Notes under the pieces: model-generated
What the model was told of the DNA's origin: nothing
Databases searched by the model: none
Seen by the model: only the letters and a program-made list of their open reading frames with translations
Part shown: piece by piece, positions 1 to 10,675 of the stretch
Layout: each line of letters opens with the position of its first letter
Numbering within the stretch: the stretch's first letter is position 1
Position numbers and translations under genes: made by a program
Origin: a virus
Taxonomy: Duplodnaviria; Caudoviricetes
DNA: 64,000 nucleotides
Virus record (IMG/VR): IMGVR_UViG_3300010885_017808
Span: 524 to 64,523 of that record
Strand: one strand, 5' to 3'

Positions 1-2
1 CC

Positions 3-488
3 CTAAAAGGTGTTGACTTCCGTATTGCTAAAACTAGCAAAGGTGGATTTGCTGACTACTCTACTAGTAAGTGGAGCCGTCGTGAACGTGCTTTGAGCGA
101 AGTAGAAACCGCAGCATTGGTTGCTCACCAGCCTTGGAACTTGTCAGACTTTCTTCCAAAGAAACCCACTGATGTAGAATTAAAAGTAATGAAGGAAATG
201 TTTGAAGCATCTGTCGACGGCGAGCCATATGACATGGAACGTTGGGGTCAATACTTCAAACCAGCTGGTATGGGCCAGAATACCGGTGATCCTAACAAGG
301 CTTATACGCCTCGTGTGAGTGCAAGTACTCCTGCTCCAGTAGCAGACGAAGACGATGCACCGTTTGATACCGCTCCTATAGCACCAGTTAAAGGTGTTAA
401 CCTAGCAGACGCCGCTTCTGCAGGCAGTGATGGTGCAAGTCGTGCGCAAGATATTCTTGCAATGATTCGTAATCGTCAAAAGCAATAA
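3..488 (+). CDS. ssDNA-binding protein, T4 gp32-like (5'-truncated by window)
   Basis: Frame is open from base 3 (LKGVDFRIAKTSKGGFADYSTSKW..), has an acidic/Ala-Pro tail and lies upstream of uvsX. Confidence 0.75.
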   Translation, partial: LKGVDFRIAKTSKGGFADYSTSKWSRRERALSEVETAALVAHQPWNLSDFLPKKPTDVELKVMKEMFEASVDGEPYDMERWGQYFKPAGMGQNTGDPNKAYTPRVSASTPAPVADEDDAPFDTAPIAPVKGVNLADAASAGSDGASRAQDILAMIRNRQKQ

Positions 489-547
489 GTTGTCATAGAG
501 AATAAGGGACTGTGCCCTTATTCTCTTACCACTATAGGAGAATAAAA

Positions 548-760
548 ATGGCAAAAGTATTAAAAGTAAATGAGAACTTTTCTCTAAGTTATAATAGTCG
601 CGAAGATCAATCGGGCGACACAGTGGCAGATATTGATGTTAGATTTGATAATCCCAAGGATGATTCTGTTATAATTAAAAGACTAAACACTTGGCTGCAA
701 GCAATTGGTCGTGACGACATTGTTGTAAGCCCAAAGAAACTACCAAAGGGTGAACTATAA
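548..760 (+). CDS. hypothetical protein
   Basis: AGGAG SD before ATG 548; stop overlaps uvsX start. Confidence 0.6.
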   Translation: MAKVLKVNENFSLSYNSREDQSGDTVADIDVRFDNPKDDSVIIKRLNTWLQAIGRDDIVVSPKKLPKGEL

Positions 761-1839
761 TGGCAAAAGCATTTGATATTAGCAAATTTAGAAAATCGAT
801 CACTAAGTCTATTGACGGCTTGAGTATTGGCTTTAACGATCCAACTGATTGGGTCAGTACAAACAACTACGCATTAAACTATCTTATCAGCGGAGACTTT
901 AATCGAGGTATTCCGTTGGGTAAAGTTACTGTGTTTGCAGGTGAATCTGGTGCAGGTAAAAGTTTTATCTGTTCAGGTAACCTAGTTAAGAACGCACAAG
1001 CACAGGGCATTTACCCTATCTTAATCGATACAGAAAATGCGCTAGATGAAAAATGGTTACACGCTCTTGGTGTTGATACAAGCCCGGATAAGTTGTTAAA
1101 ACTTAACATGGCTATGATTGACGATGTGGCTAAGACTATCACAGAATTTATTGCAGAATACAAAACAATGGATGAGGCAGACCGTCCCAAGATCTTGTTT
1201 ATTATTGATTCATTGGGTATGTTGTTGACTCCCACAGATGTTAATCAATTCCAAGCAGGTGATATGAAAGGTGACATGGGTCGTAAGCCTAAGGCACTGA
1301 CCGCACTTGTTCGCAACTGCGTTAATATGTTCGGCGCATATAATATTGGTATGGTATGTACCAATCACACATATGCAAGTCAAGATATGTTTGATCCAGA
1401 TGATAAAATTTCAGGTGGTCAAGGTTTTATCTATGCAAGTTCGATTGTTGTTGCCATGCGTAAACTCAAGTTGAAACTTGATGCCGATGGCAATAAGACT
1501 TCAACTGTTCAAGGTATTCGTGCAGCCTGTAAGATTATGAAAACCCGTTATGCAAAGCCGTTTGAAAGTGTACAGGTTGAGATTCCTTACGAAACAGGTA
1601 TGAGTCCATATAGTGGATTAGTCGACTTGTTTGAAGCCAAAGGGTTGCTCAAGAAAGAAGGTAACAGTCTTGTCTACACTACCAAGGATGGCGAGATTAT
1701 CAAACAGTTCCGCAAGGCTTGGGAACGCAATGAGAAAGACGGTCTGGATATCACAATGGCAGACATTTCAAAACACGGCGAAATTTCCGCTTCGGAGATA
1801 ACTACTAATGTTGAACCTGAAACGGAGATTACTGAATGA
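760..1839 (+). CDS. uvsX: RecA-like recombinase UvsX
   Basis: Walker A GESGAGKS, IDTENA, IIDSLG, SGGQGFIYASS. Confidence 0.93.
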   Translation: MAKAFDISKFRKSITKSIDGLSIGFNDPTDWVSTNNYALNYLISGDFNRGIPLGKVTVFAGESGAGKSFICSGNLVKNAQAQGIYPILIDTENALDEKWLHALGVDTSPDKLLKLNMAMIDDVAKTITEFIAEYKTMDEADRPKILFIIDSLGMLLTPTDVNQFQAGDMKGDMGRKPKALTALVRNCVNMFGAYNIGMVCTNHTYASQDMFDPDDKISGGQGFIYASSIVVAMRKLKLKLDADGNKTSTVQGIRAACKIMKTRYAKPFESVQVEIPYETGMSPYSGLVDLFEAKGLLKKEGNSLVYTTKDGEIIKQFRKAWERNEKDGLDITMADISKHGEISASEITTNVEPETEITE

Positions 1840-2072
1840 AAGAAGATTTAATTGCAGACATTTGGACATTGGTCATTGAACACATTCCAGAAAAACATCG
1901 AAAAGATTTAGCCGCAGACTTTGTTAATACATTGTTAGACTATGGTATTAAAGAAAGTGTGTTACAAAGTCTGCAAGGTGTTGATGGATATCTCGATGAC
2001 GCTATTAACTATGCTATCGACGGTGAATCTATTGACGATGAAGATCCAGAATATTACGAAGATGAGGAATAA
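1836..2072 (+). CDS. acidic hypothetical protein
   Basis: ATGA overlap with uvsX; 78 aa. Confidence 0.6.
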   Translation: MKEDLIADIWTLVIEHIPEKHRKDLAADFVNTLLDYGIKESVLQSLQGVDGYLDDAINYAIDGESIDDEDPEYYEDEE

Positions 2073-2528
2073 ATGAATTGGTATGATCGGGTTTCTAAAG
2101 ATATTTCAAACATACCTGATGCTGTGGCATATTATGAAGTTGAACTACTAGCAGCAAAGACTGATGTTCGCATAGCGGGAAACCTTGAAAGAGCTGCTGC
2201 TAATATGCCAGGTATTGTTGAAAACCGATTTAACCAACTTCAAGAGATTGAAGGTATTTTAGAATATTTAAATATTGAACTAAGACGCCTTCGTAGTCAA
2301 CATTTTCGTAAGTATTTAGAAAGTTATCAACGTGCTTTGTCTTCTAGAGACTGTGAAAAGTTTGTAGAAGGCGAAGCAGACGTTGTAGACTTTGAAAAGA
2401 TTATCAACGACTTTGCTCTGTTGCGTAACAAGTGGCTTGGAATTATTAAAGCTCTTGATATTAAACAATGGCAGGTATCTAATATTGTTAAATTACGCAC
2501 AGCAGGATTGGAAGACGCAACATTATGA
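2073..2528 (+). CDS. uvsY: recombination mediator UvsY-like
   Basis: Helical 151 aa, C-terminal IIKALDIKQWQVSNIVKLRTAG, next to uvsX. Confidence 0.8.
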   Translation: MNWYDRVSKDISNIPDAVAYYEVELLAAKTDVRIAGNLERAAANMPGIVENRFNQLQEIEGILEYLNIELRRLRSQHFRKYLESYQRALSSRDCEKFVEGEADVVDFEKIINDFALLRNKWLGIIKALDIKQWQVSNIVKLRTAGLEDATL

Positions 2529-3490
2529 ACATTTTAGTAACAGGCGGTCTTGGATTAATAGGACATAATGTTGTTCAAAAGTTATCTAACTTAGGACACA
2601 AGGTTGTTATTTACGATAGTTGTACAAACTACGGAATCATCCCACAATCCGAACTAGATTATCTTATTAGCGAAAGAAAAAAGCTAGTAGGCAATCTTCC
2701 CTCATATGAAAGCGACATAGTCGAAAAGACTATGGTCGAACATGTCATTTCTCATAATAAGATTGATACTATTATTCATCTAGCTAGCTTTCCTAGACAA
2801 AAAGTAGTTAATGCAGATCCTGTATTAGGTAGTACTGTAATGAGCACTGGATTGTTGGTTTTATTAGAAGCCGCAGTTAAACACGGAATTAAAAGATTTA
2901 CCTATGCCAGTAGCAGTATGATCTATGGTGACTTTAAAGACTATGTTACCGAAGATGCAGCATGTAATCCAATTGGACAATATGGTATTATGAAACTTGC
3001 AGGAGAATGGTTAGTTAAAGACTATTCACGAAAGCATGGTATTGAGTATACTATATTAAGACCCAGTGCTGTTTACGGGCCTTTAGATGTTGAAGATCGT
3101 GTTATATCAAAATTCTTGTTAACAGCAATGAGGGATCAAACTCTCAAAGTAAATGGCAGCAATGAAACTTTAGATTTTACCTATGTTGATGATGCTGCTG
3201 ACGGCTTTGTTAATGCAACATTATCTCCCCTGGCTGCAAATAAGACATACAATATAACTAAAAGTCATAGTAAAACTTTATTAGCTGCTGCCAAATTAGC
3301 TGTTAAATTAGTAGGTAAAGGTTCAATCGAAGTTCGAGATAAAGATGCAGATTTCCCTAGTCGCGGAGCATTAGACATTACAGCAGCACGTCAAGACTTT
3401 GGATTTAATCCTAAAATTGACATCGACGAAGGTTTTGAAATTTACCATAACTGGCTTAAAAATTCCAAATACTGGCAAAGTCAGTTATAA
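2525..3490 (+). CDS. NAD-dependent sugar epimerase/dehydratase (extended SDR)
   Basis: TGGLGLIG, YASSS, YGIMK (YxxxK). Confidence 0.9.
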   Translation: MNILVTGGLGLIGHNVVQKLSNLGHKVVIYDSCTNYGIIPQSELDYLISERKKLVGNLPSYESDIVEKTMVEHVISHNKIDTIIHLASFPRQKVVNADPVLGSTVMSTGLLVLLEAAVKHGIKRFTYASSSMIYGDFKDYVTEDAACNPIGQYGIMKLAGEWLVKDYSRKHGIEYTILRPSAVYGPLDVEDRVISKFLLTAMRDQTLKVNGSNETLDFTYVDDAADGFVNATLSPLAANKTYNITKSHSKTLLAAAKLAVKLVGKGSIEVRDKDADFPSRGALDITAARQDFGFNPKIDIDEGFEIYHNWLKNSKYWQSQL

Positions 3491-3523
3491 ATTTTGAAGT
3501 AATATGCGCAGATAAATATCTGC

Positions 3524-5659
3524 ATGAAACGCATTGTACTAATCACAGGGGGTTTCGACCCCCTTCATTCTGGGCATATTGCCTACTTCAAAGCAGCAAA
3601 AGCCTTAGGCGATATGTTAATAGTAGGAATAAATTCCGACAATTGGCTACGTCGAAAAAAAGGTCGTGCATTTATGCCTCTTTTAGAACGACAAACAATC
3701 ATAGAAAATATTGCCGGTGTTGACAAAGTCATTACATTTAATGATAGCAATAATAGTGCAATTGCGGCTATTATTAAAGTTCGAGATGAATTTCCAGAAG
3801 ACAGAATAATTTTTGCTAATGGCGGTGATAGGACCAAAGATAATATTCCCGAAATGAGCGTCAATGATTTTAATTTAGAATTTGTATTCGGTGTAGGTGG
3901 TGAAGACAAAAAGAATTCCAGCAGCTGGATATTAGAAGATTGGAAATCACCAAAGACAATCAAACCTTGGGGCTATTATCGTGTGTTACACGAAGTTCCG
4001 GGAATGAAAGTTAAAGAACTCACAGTGAATCCAGGCAAAAGTTTATCAATGCAACGTCATTCACAAAGATCAGAATATTGGATTATTAGTGAAGGAAAAG
4101 CAGTAGTAAATCGTGCAATGGATAACGGCATCCCGATGCAGCAGATTACTATTAACAATCACGGCGAATATAAAGTTCCAGTCGGTGAATGGCATCAATT
4201 AACTAATCCGTTTGACGTTCCTGTTAAAGTCGTAGAAATACAATACGGTGATAAATGCGATGAACAAGATATTGTTAGAGAACAAGTACCTACAGTATAT
4301 GTTGGATGGGATTCAAGAGAAGATATTGCCTACAAAGTGTGTGAATATAGTATTCACAATCATAATAAAGATGTAAACGTCTTTCCTATTAAACAACACG
4401 AAGTTATTCAAAATAATTTATACTGGAGAGATCCGGATAAATTCTCCTCAACAGAATTTACCTTTACTCGATTCTTAGTTCCGTACCTATCAAACTATCA
4501 AGGTTGGGCAATTTTTACTGATTGTGATTTTTTATTTTTAGATGATGTAAAAAAAGTCTTTGATCAAGCAGACGAACAATATGCTGTTATGGTAGTTAAG
4601 CATGATTATACTCCTGCAGAAATAGAAAAAATGGACGGAGCATTACAGAGAAACTATCCAAGAAAAAATTGGAGTTCTTTTATTCTATGGAACTGCGGTC
4701 ATAGGCTAAATCGCGCATTAGATCTAAGAATGGTCAACGAAGAGCCAGGAAAATATCTGCACAGATTTGCCTGGTTACCAGATGAAGCTATCGGAAGTTT
4801 GTCTCTAGAATGGAATTGGCTAACAGACTGGTATAAAGAACCAATAGATGGGTCTCCAAAAGCTCTACACTATACGTTAGGGGGTCCGTGGTTTAAAAAT
4901 TATAAAACATGTGACTATTCAGAACATTGGATGAATGCGTACGATGCAGTAGTAGAGCGAGACGAAGGAAAAGAAAAAATGGATGCATTTATTATCCACT
5001 TGCCGTCTATACCAGCAAGTTTAAAAACAGCAGTAGATTTACAGAAATCTCTAAACGAATATGGTATCAATGCACATTTAGCTGAAGGTGTGTTAGGCAA
5101 TGAAGCTGTAGATGTTATGGAATTGGAAGGTAGAAAAGTACATCCATGGGGTATTAAAGGTCCAAATTCACCGCCTGCACCCGATGATACCTCTGTGCTT
5201 AAAGCAATGTCTCCGGGAGTACGAGGATGTTTCCTTGGACATTATAGACTATGGCAAAAATGCGTAGATTTGAATAAACCCATTATGATTTTTGAAGACG
5301 ATGTTGTATTAACCAGAGGATTTGAATCTGTTACTTGGGAAGATGTATTGATAGTAGCTATTGGACATCCTACTAAGAGTGCAGACTATTGGACCAATCT
5401 CAATAGTCCAAGTGGCCGCCCCTTTGCAGAACCGTGGACAAAGAGTTCTATGCCCGGAGCAATGGGATACGTAATCAAACCACATGCAGCAAAAAAACTT
5501 TTAGAAGTATATGAAAAAACATTCTTGCCTGCAGACAATGCTATAAATCAATACCATGTTAAAATTGAAATTTGTTCTCACCTAATGGGTCGTGCCTTAG
5601 TTGACGAAGACGGAAAGAAAAGTTTAACAAGAACAAAATTTTGGAATAATCCTAAATGA
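3524..5659 (+). CDS. four-domain fusion: HxGH cytidylyl/adenylyltransferase + cupin (M6P isomerase type II-like) + GT8-like + GT25-like glycosyltransferase
   Basis: GGFDPLHSGH; KPWG..LSMQRH..SEYW; STEFTFTRF/DCDFL/RKNWSS/LHYTLGGPW; GCFLGH..IFEDD. Confidence 0.8.
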   Translation: MKRIVLITGGFDPLHSGHIAYFKAAKALGDMLIVGINSDNWLRRKKGRAFMPLLERQTIIENIAGVDKVITFNDSNNSAIAAIIKVRDEFPEDRIIFANGGDRTKDNIPEMSVNDFNLEFVFGVGGEDKKNSSSWILEDWKSPKTIKPWGYYRVLHEVPGMKVKELTVNPGKSLSMQRHSQRSEYWIISEGKAVVNRAMDNGIPMQQITINNHGEYKVPVGEWHQLTNPFDVPVKVVEIQYGDKCDEQDIVREQVPTVYVGWDSREDIAYKVCEYSIHNHNKDVNVFPIKQHEVIQNNLYWRDPDKFSSTEFTFTRFLVPYLSNYQGWAIFTDCDFLFLDDVKKVFDQADEQYAVMVVKHDYTPAEIEKMDGALQRNYPRKNWSSFILWNCGHRLNRALDLRMVNEEPGKYLHRFAWLPDEAIGSLSLEWNWLTDWYKEPIDGSPKALHYTLGGPWFKNYKTCDYSEHWMNAYDAVVERDEGKEKMDAFIIHLPSIPASLKTAVDLQKSLNEYGINAHLAEGVLGNEAVDVMELEGRKVHPWGIKGPNSPPAPDDTSVLKAMSPGVRGCFLGHYRLWQKCVDLNKPIMIFEDDVVLTRGFESVTWEDVLIVAIGHPTKSADYWTNLNSPSGRPFAEPWTKSSMPGAMGYVIKPHAAKKLLEVYEKTFLPADNAINQYHVKIEICSHLMGRALVDEDGKKSLTRTKFWNNPK

Positions 5660-6462
5660 ACAACTGGATATTTTTAAGCAAAGACGGCCAAGACGAATAT
5701 ATTAATATGTTTGCCATGGGCACCGGTGGAAGAGTTGTATCTACTAAAGAATTTAATTTTGAAGATTCAACCGATCCCATAGTTATACGAGGTATTCTTA
5801 AAAAGAAAACAATTCAGGAATGTTGGAAGTCTAACAGAGATTTCTATTTTATGGATACTGGTTATATGGGTAATCAACAAAATCCCCTAAATCCGTTAGG
5901 TTGGAAATTGTATCATAGAATTGTTAAAAATGATTTACAACACAATAACGAAATCATTACAAGACCCGATGATAGATTTAAAAGACTGTCAATACCGTTG
6001 TATGATTGGAAGAAAGGTGGCCGTAAAATCCTAATAGCAAAACCAGACGAAAAACCAATGAAGTTCTATGGTTTAGATTTGGATCAATGGTTAGCAGAAA
6101 CTATTAATATTATTAAGCAACACACAGATAGAGAAATTGTAGTTAGAGATCGTGTAAAAAGCAGAATCGACAGAGTTGTACACAATACCTTAAAAGAAGC
6201 CTTAGATGACGATGTACATGCATTAGTAACATTTAATAGTAATGCTGCTACCGAAGCTGTGATGTATGGTTATCCGGCCTTTACGTTATCTGCAACACAT
6301 GCAGCTAGTCCAGTAACACTACAAGATTTAAGCAAAATAGAAACTCCTTATTATCCCGACAGAGATAAAAGATATGCATGGGCTTGCCACTTAGCCTATG
6401 GACAATTTCATAATACTGAATTAAAAGACGGATCCGCATTTAGGATACTGAACGAAACATGA
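5656..6462 (+). CDS. capsule-synthesis-like GT-B protein (paralog 1)
   Basis: IVVRDR..LVTFNSNAATEAVMYGYP. Confidence 0.5.
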   Translation: MNNWIFLSKDGQDEYINMFAMGTGGRVVSTKEFNFEDSTDPIVIRGILKKKTIQECWKSNRDFYFMDTGYMGNQQNPLNPLGWKLYHRIVKNDLQHNNEIITRPDDRFKRLSIPLYDWKKGGRKILIAKPDEKPMKFYGLDLDQWLAETINIIKQHTDREIVVRDRVKSRIDRVVHNTLKEALDDDVHALVTFNSNAATEAVMYGYPAFTLSATHAASPVTLQDLSKIETPYYPDRDKRYAWACHLAYGQFHNTELKDGSAFRILNET

Positions 6463-6463
6463 T

Positions 6464-7396
6464 ATGACTATATTAGCTGTTTATCATGGGTCTGTACCAA
6501 ATAAAAAAAGTCAAGAAAAAATTGATATTCTGTTAAACTTTTCCGAAGGGGCAAGAAAAGCAGGAACAATAGTGCATGACTATCAAGATCATAATTATAG
6601 ACCATCGGATATTGCTATCATACAAGGATGGGTTGCTCCGGGCATTCCATCTAGTAAACATTTGCAATTAAGAAATACAGTAATACAACAACAATTAAAA
6701 CTTAACAAGTATGTAGTAGCAGTCGACAGTAATTTATTCCTTTACAAAAATAAAGACAATCCACTACATTATCTACGATATAGTTTTAACGGAATATTTC
6801 CTAATACCGGAATATATTGTGACAGTGAAATAGATCCAACTAGATGGGCAAAAATTAGCGCCAGATCTAATCTACAATTAAAAGATTGGCGAACAAACGG
6901 TGACCACGTATTGCTCTGCTTACAACGTAACGGTGGTTGGTCAATGGGCGGATTGGATGTTCAAGATTGGGCAGTAACGGCTATCGAAGAAATACAAAGA
7001 CATACAGATAGACAAATTGTTGTTAGAGCACATCCGGGAGATAAACACAGTTTCGACTATCTCAATCCTAGATTAGGAAGATGCAAAATTAAATTTGGTA
7101 AACGTGTTGTTCTAAGTTACAATAAAAATCTAGAAGATGATTTAAAAGATTGCTGGGCCGCAGTAAATTATAATTCCAGTCCCGTAGTAGGTGCAGCAAT
7201 AGAAGGTGTTCCTATTTTTGTAACAGATCCGTTACGTAGCCAATGTGCAGAAGTTGCTAATACAGACTTATCACAAATAGAAAACCCACTACTGCCCGAT
7301 AGACAACGATGGGTTGAACGATTAAGTATGTTCCATTGGAACTTTGACGAATTAAAGTCCGGAGAATGCTGGACACATATGAAAAAATTTATTTAA
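6464..7396 (+). CDS. capsule-synthesis-like GT-B protein (paralog 2)
   Basis: IVVRAHP..VNYNSSPVVGAAIEGVP. Confidence 0.55.
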   Translation: MTILAVYHGSVPNKKSQEKIDILLNFSEGARKAGTIVHDYQDHNYRPSDIAIIQGWVAPGIPSSKHLQLRNTVIQQQLKLNKYVVAVDSNLFLYKNKDNPLHYLRYSFNGIFPNTGIYCDSEIDPTRWAKISARSNLQLKDWRTNGDHVLLCLQRNGGWSMGGLDVQDWAVTAIEEIQRHTDRQIVVRAHPGDKHSFDYLNPRLGRCKIKFGKRVVLSYNKNLEDDLKDCWAAVNYNSSPVVGAAIEGVPIFVTDPLRSQCAEVANTDLSQIENPLLPDRQRWVERLSMFHWNFDELKSGECWTHMKKFI

Positions 7397-8048
7397 ACTT
7401 TTTAATAGCATCAACTAATGCTGCGTAATCAGCATCTCGGTGACGTTGCGTTTTACTCCACATCCAATCGTCTTTCTGCTTCATCCAAGAGGTATGATAG
7501 TCATTAGTTACCTTATCTTTTACTACTTCAATGGGAAGCTCAAATGCACGTATTAGATGATGTCTTTCTATTCGTTGAGCTATTTCTAAAATCCAAGTAT
7601 CAACATACCAGTGATAAAAATGAGGAGGTAGAAAGTATCCCAGAGTATTGATCCAATTTTTATGTAGACAAAAATGCGGACTTTTATATTTGCTAACACT
7701 AGGTGCTCTAGGATAGACACACACTAGTTTATCTGGATATTGATCAAATGCATCAAGAACTAAAAAACTCCAATTTGGAGTTATGAATTCACAATCGTCT
7801 CCTACTAGAAATAATATATCATGTTTAGCCTTCTCTGCCATTAAATTCCAGCTGTATGATGTACTTTGGTTAGGACCAATGGTATATTGACTTGGATCGA
7901 ATAATTGTTTATATTCTTCTAATAGCGGATCGTCATTGTTGAGATATAACATTATTTCAAGATTACAACCTGCTGTTTTAATAGCAGAAGTAACCATTCG
8001 ATGTGCTAGTTGAGGTCTACTTCTACTAGGTGTTAAAATACTAATCAC
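7389..8048 (-). CDS. GT-A (GT2-like) glycosyltransferase
   Basis: ISILTPSRSR, VGDD, HWYVDTW. Confidence 0.7.
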   Translation of the reverse strand: MISILTPSRSRPQLAHRMVTSAIKTAGCNLEIMLYLNNDDPLLEEYKQLFDPSQYTIGPNQSTSYSWNLMAEKAKHDILFLVGDDCEFITPNWSFLVLDAFDQYPDKLVCVYPRAPSVSKYKSPHFCLHKNWINTLGYFLPPHFYHWYVDTWILEIAQRIERHHLIRAFELPIEVVKDKVTNDYHTSWMKQKDDWMWSKTQRHRDADYAALVDAIKKFK

Positions 8049-8581
8049 TTCTTTATGCCCCAGAAATATAAATCTTTAGACGAAGAGTTTGAAGAAAATT
8101 CAAAATTTGAAAACAACGAATTTAAATCTGCAATTCTTTCAAAATCTTCTTTTACTAAGTTTCTATAATAATCCCATCCTTTGCCTATAGTGAGGGGAGA
8201 ATCTGCAGGAGAAGTTCTAGTAGTTCCGTGTTCTTTTCTACCAGTAGTAGCACAGGTAAAAATTATAATGCCGCCAGACCGACAAATTCTAAGCATGTTA
8301 AAGAATGTTTCGGCCCAAAAAGGATTGTGTTCGAAGCATTCACAACTTATAACAGTATCGGCAGAATTATCCAAGGCATTGTATGTTTGTCCTTCACATA
8401 CTATATCAACATCTTTACCAGGTCCAACATCTATTCCTGTATAGTTGCAATTATCAAAAAACTGTCTTATAGATCCATTAATATTAAGACTTCCTATTTC
8501 GAGAACTGTTGAATTTTCAAAATTATTTTTAAATTTTTCTTTAATGCTGCTAATGTAGGTTAGTTGTTGTGTATGTGCCAT
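8045..8581 (-). CDS. class I SAM-dependent methyltransferase
   Basis: VLEIGS..YTGID..ECFEH. Confidence 0.8.
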   Translation of the reverse strand: MAHTQQLTYISSIKEKFKNNFENSTVLEIGSLNINGSIRQFFDNCNYTGIDVGPGKDVDIVCEGQTYNALDNSADTVISCECFEHNPFWAETFFNMLRICRSGGIIIFTCATTGRKEHGTTRTSPADSPLTIGKGWDYYRNLVKEDFERIADLNSLFSNFEFSSNSSSKDLYFWGIKK

Positions 8582-8603
8582 TTATTTAGATCCTAATCTA
8601 TTA

Positions 8604-9410
8604 TTATTGCCAATATGCTTCTGTTCTTTTTACTTTGAGATCCTTGCTTTTGCTTCGCCCTGTACTTTTTCTATCACCTTTAAGATGATCCAGGTATGCA
8701 CCCCACTCGCTGTTAATCAACGGATGCCCTTCACCTGCAATTATGCCAGCACTCCAGTTATTTTCCTTTAATGCTACTTGTTTTCTAACAGCATCAAATA
8801 CAAAACTGTCATGCCATTCGTCTAAGGTAAAAATTCCACTTTCTGCATTGTCATAAAAGTATTGGAACTTTTTTAAAAATTCTTGTACTGCCGGACTTCG
8901 AAGATTTAACGAATATAAACCACATTCTGTATATTTTCCTTCTCTACCTAAAAATCCCAAGTCAATTTCAGGAGAACAAAAACGTTCAATAGTCGATAAC
9001 GGTATAGGACTATGACAAACAGTGTCGGCATCCATCCAGAATAAAATATCTGCATCGGTATTTTTAGCACAGTCAAAAATTGCATAGACTTTGTGAGCAA
9101 AACGCACAGCATCCCACTTAAATCCCTTGCCAGCGTCTTTTCTTTTTGAGCGAACTGGATCGTTTGTTACGTCACCGTTGGCTTTAGGGACATTTTTCCA
9201 TTTTTCTTTGAATGCGGTTAGTGCTTCGACAGAATCTAAGTCAGTTAGCGTGATCCTAGAATGATCCGATACTCGAGGATTGCATTTTTCCGGATAAACA
9301 TGTAGGGTAATTTCTGTTGGCCAGTTTTTGCAGAAGGTATCGATCATACGTTGACCGTATTGTCTTAATCCTGGTTCATGAAACGTTGTTACAACCGCAA
9401 TTTTCGTCAT
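8604..9410 (-). CDS. glycosyltransferase-like protein (DxD)
   Basis: RFAHKV..WMDAD..EWHDSFVFD..HLKG. Confidence 0.6.
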   Translation of the reverse strand: MTKIAVVTTFHEPGLRQYGQRMIDTFCKNWPTEITLHVYPEKCNPRVSDHSRITLTDLDSVEALTAFKEKWKNVPKANGDVTNDPVRSKRKDAGKGFKWDAVRFAHKVYAIFDCAKNTDADILFWMDADTVCHSPIPLSTIERFCSPEIDLGFLGREGKYTECGLYSLNLRSPAVQEFLKKFQYFYDNAESGIFTLDEWHDSFVFDAVRKQVALKENNWSAGIIAGEGHPLINSEWGAYLDHLKGDRKSTGRSKSKDLKVKRTEAYWQ

Positions 9411-9802
9411 TAATTTTTCCAAAGATGATAATGTTTGTGTATGTCTATTATTTTATAACAATTAGATTTTAAAAATTTGTAATGTTCTTGAGAATTTTTA
9501 ATATCGCCTTCGATCATTATAAAAGGATAACATGCTCTCCATAAAGGTAACAATGTAGGTATCACATGAACCAGTTCTTTGTCGATAATGACAAAATCTA
9601 CCTCTGGTATTGTGAATGTACTTTCAATATTTTCTCTATGAATTAAATTTTTACGTCTTAATGATTCGTCTTTAGGATACAATACAAACACTGTCGGAGC
9701 ATCGTCGAGTAACTCTTCTAAATTTCCAAAAGCAGCACCTACTACTAAAATATTTCGGAAATTCTTGTTAATTTTTCTCAATCGTTTTGTAAATTTTCCC
9801 AT
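9410..9802 (-). CDS. hypothetical protein (degenerate Rossmann-like)
   Basis: ILVVGAAFG; coupled to downstream gene. Confidence 0.5.
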   Translation of the reverse strand: MGKFTKRLRKINKNFRNILVVGAAFGNLEELLDDAPTVFVLYPKDESLRRKNLIHRENIESTFTIPEVDFVIIDKELVHVIPTLLPLWRACYPFIMIEGDIKNSQEHYKFLKSNCYKIIDIHKHYHLWKN

Positions 9803-9838
9803 AGATAATCATTAAATACTCATATATTTATTAACTAG

Positions 9839-10672
9839 ATGAAGTTCAGAATTTATAAAGAGTATGGAGCATTAAACAGTGTACCTGTGTTCACTGCGCT
9901 AGAGCACGGGTTGAAAAATATTGGTTTTTCGGTGGTTGATAGTGGTCAAGACGTGGATGTTATATGGTCTGTTTTATGGCAAGGCAGGATGGAGTTCAAT
10001 CAACAAATATACGAAAGAGCCATAGCACTAGGACGACCTATCATGATTGTTGAAGTAGGTAATCTCATTCGTGGCAAGACATGGAGACTGTCTTTGACCA
10101 ATGTGAATGGTCATGGAATTTTTGCAAATAGCGAAAATTTAGACCTTGACAGACCTGAAAAATTAGGCATCGAGCTGGCACCTGAAAAATTTAATAGACG
10201 TCCTGAAATACTAATTGCAGGGCAACATCAACAAAGTCTGCAATGGAAAGGACAACCTCCACTAGACGAATGGATGAGACGAAAAATCACAGAAATTCGT
10301 AAATTTTCGGCAAGACCTATAATCGTCAGACCTCATCCTCGAGCATTGTTTAATCTACGTGTTCCCGGAGTTACAATAGATATTCCAAGACAGGTTCCCA
10401 AAACCTATGACGATTATAATTTTGATTGTAACTATCACTGCGTGGTAAATTTCAACAGTGGCCCAGCTATAAAAGCAGCAATTGATGGCGTTCCAATAAT
10501 AACAGACTCTTCAAGCCTAGCATATGATATTAGTGATATTATAGAGAATATAGAAAATCCAATACTCAAGCCTAGAGAAGATTGGTTTATAAAATTAGCA
10601 CATACTGAATGGACAATGCCCGAAATACTAACTGGAGCTCCCATGAAAAGTCTCATTGAAAAAATAAAATAA
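9839..10672 (+). CDS. capsule-synthesis-like GT-B protein (paralog 3)
   Basis: IIVRPHP..VVNFNSGPAIKAAIDGVP. Confidence 0.55.
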   Translation: MKFRIYKEYGALNSVPVFTALEHGLKNIGFSVVDSGQDVDVIWSVLWQGRMEFNQQIYERAIALGRPIMIVEVGNLIRGKTWRLSLTNVNGHGIFANSENLDLDRPEKLGIELAPEKFNRRPEILIAGQHQQSLQWKGQPPLDEWMRRKITEIRKFSARPIIVRPHPRALFNLRVPGVTIDIPRQVPKTYDDYNFDCNYHCVVNFNSGPAIKAAIDGVPIITDSSSLAYDISDIIENIENPILKPREDWFIKLAHTEWTMPEILTGAPMKSLIEKIK

Positions 10673-10675
10673 CTG

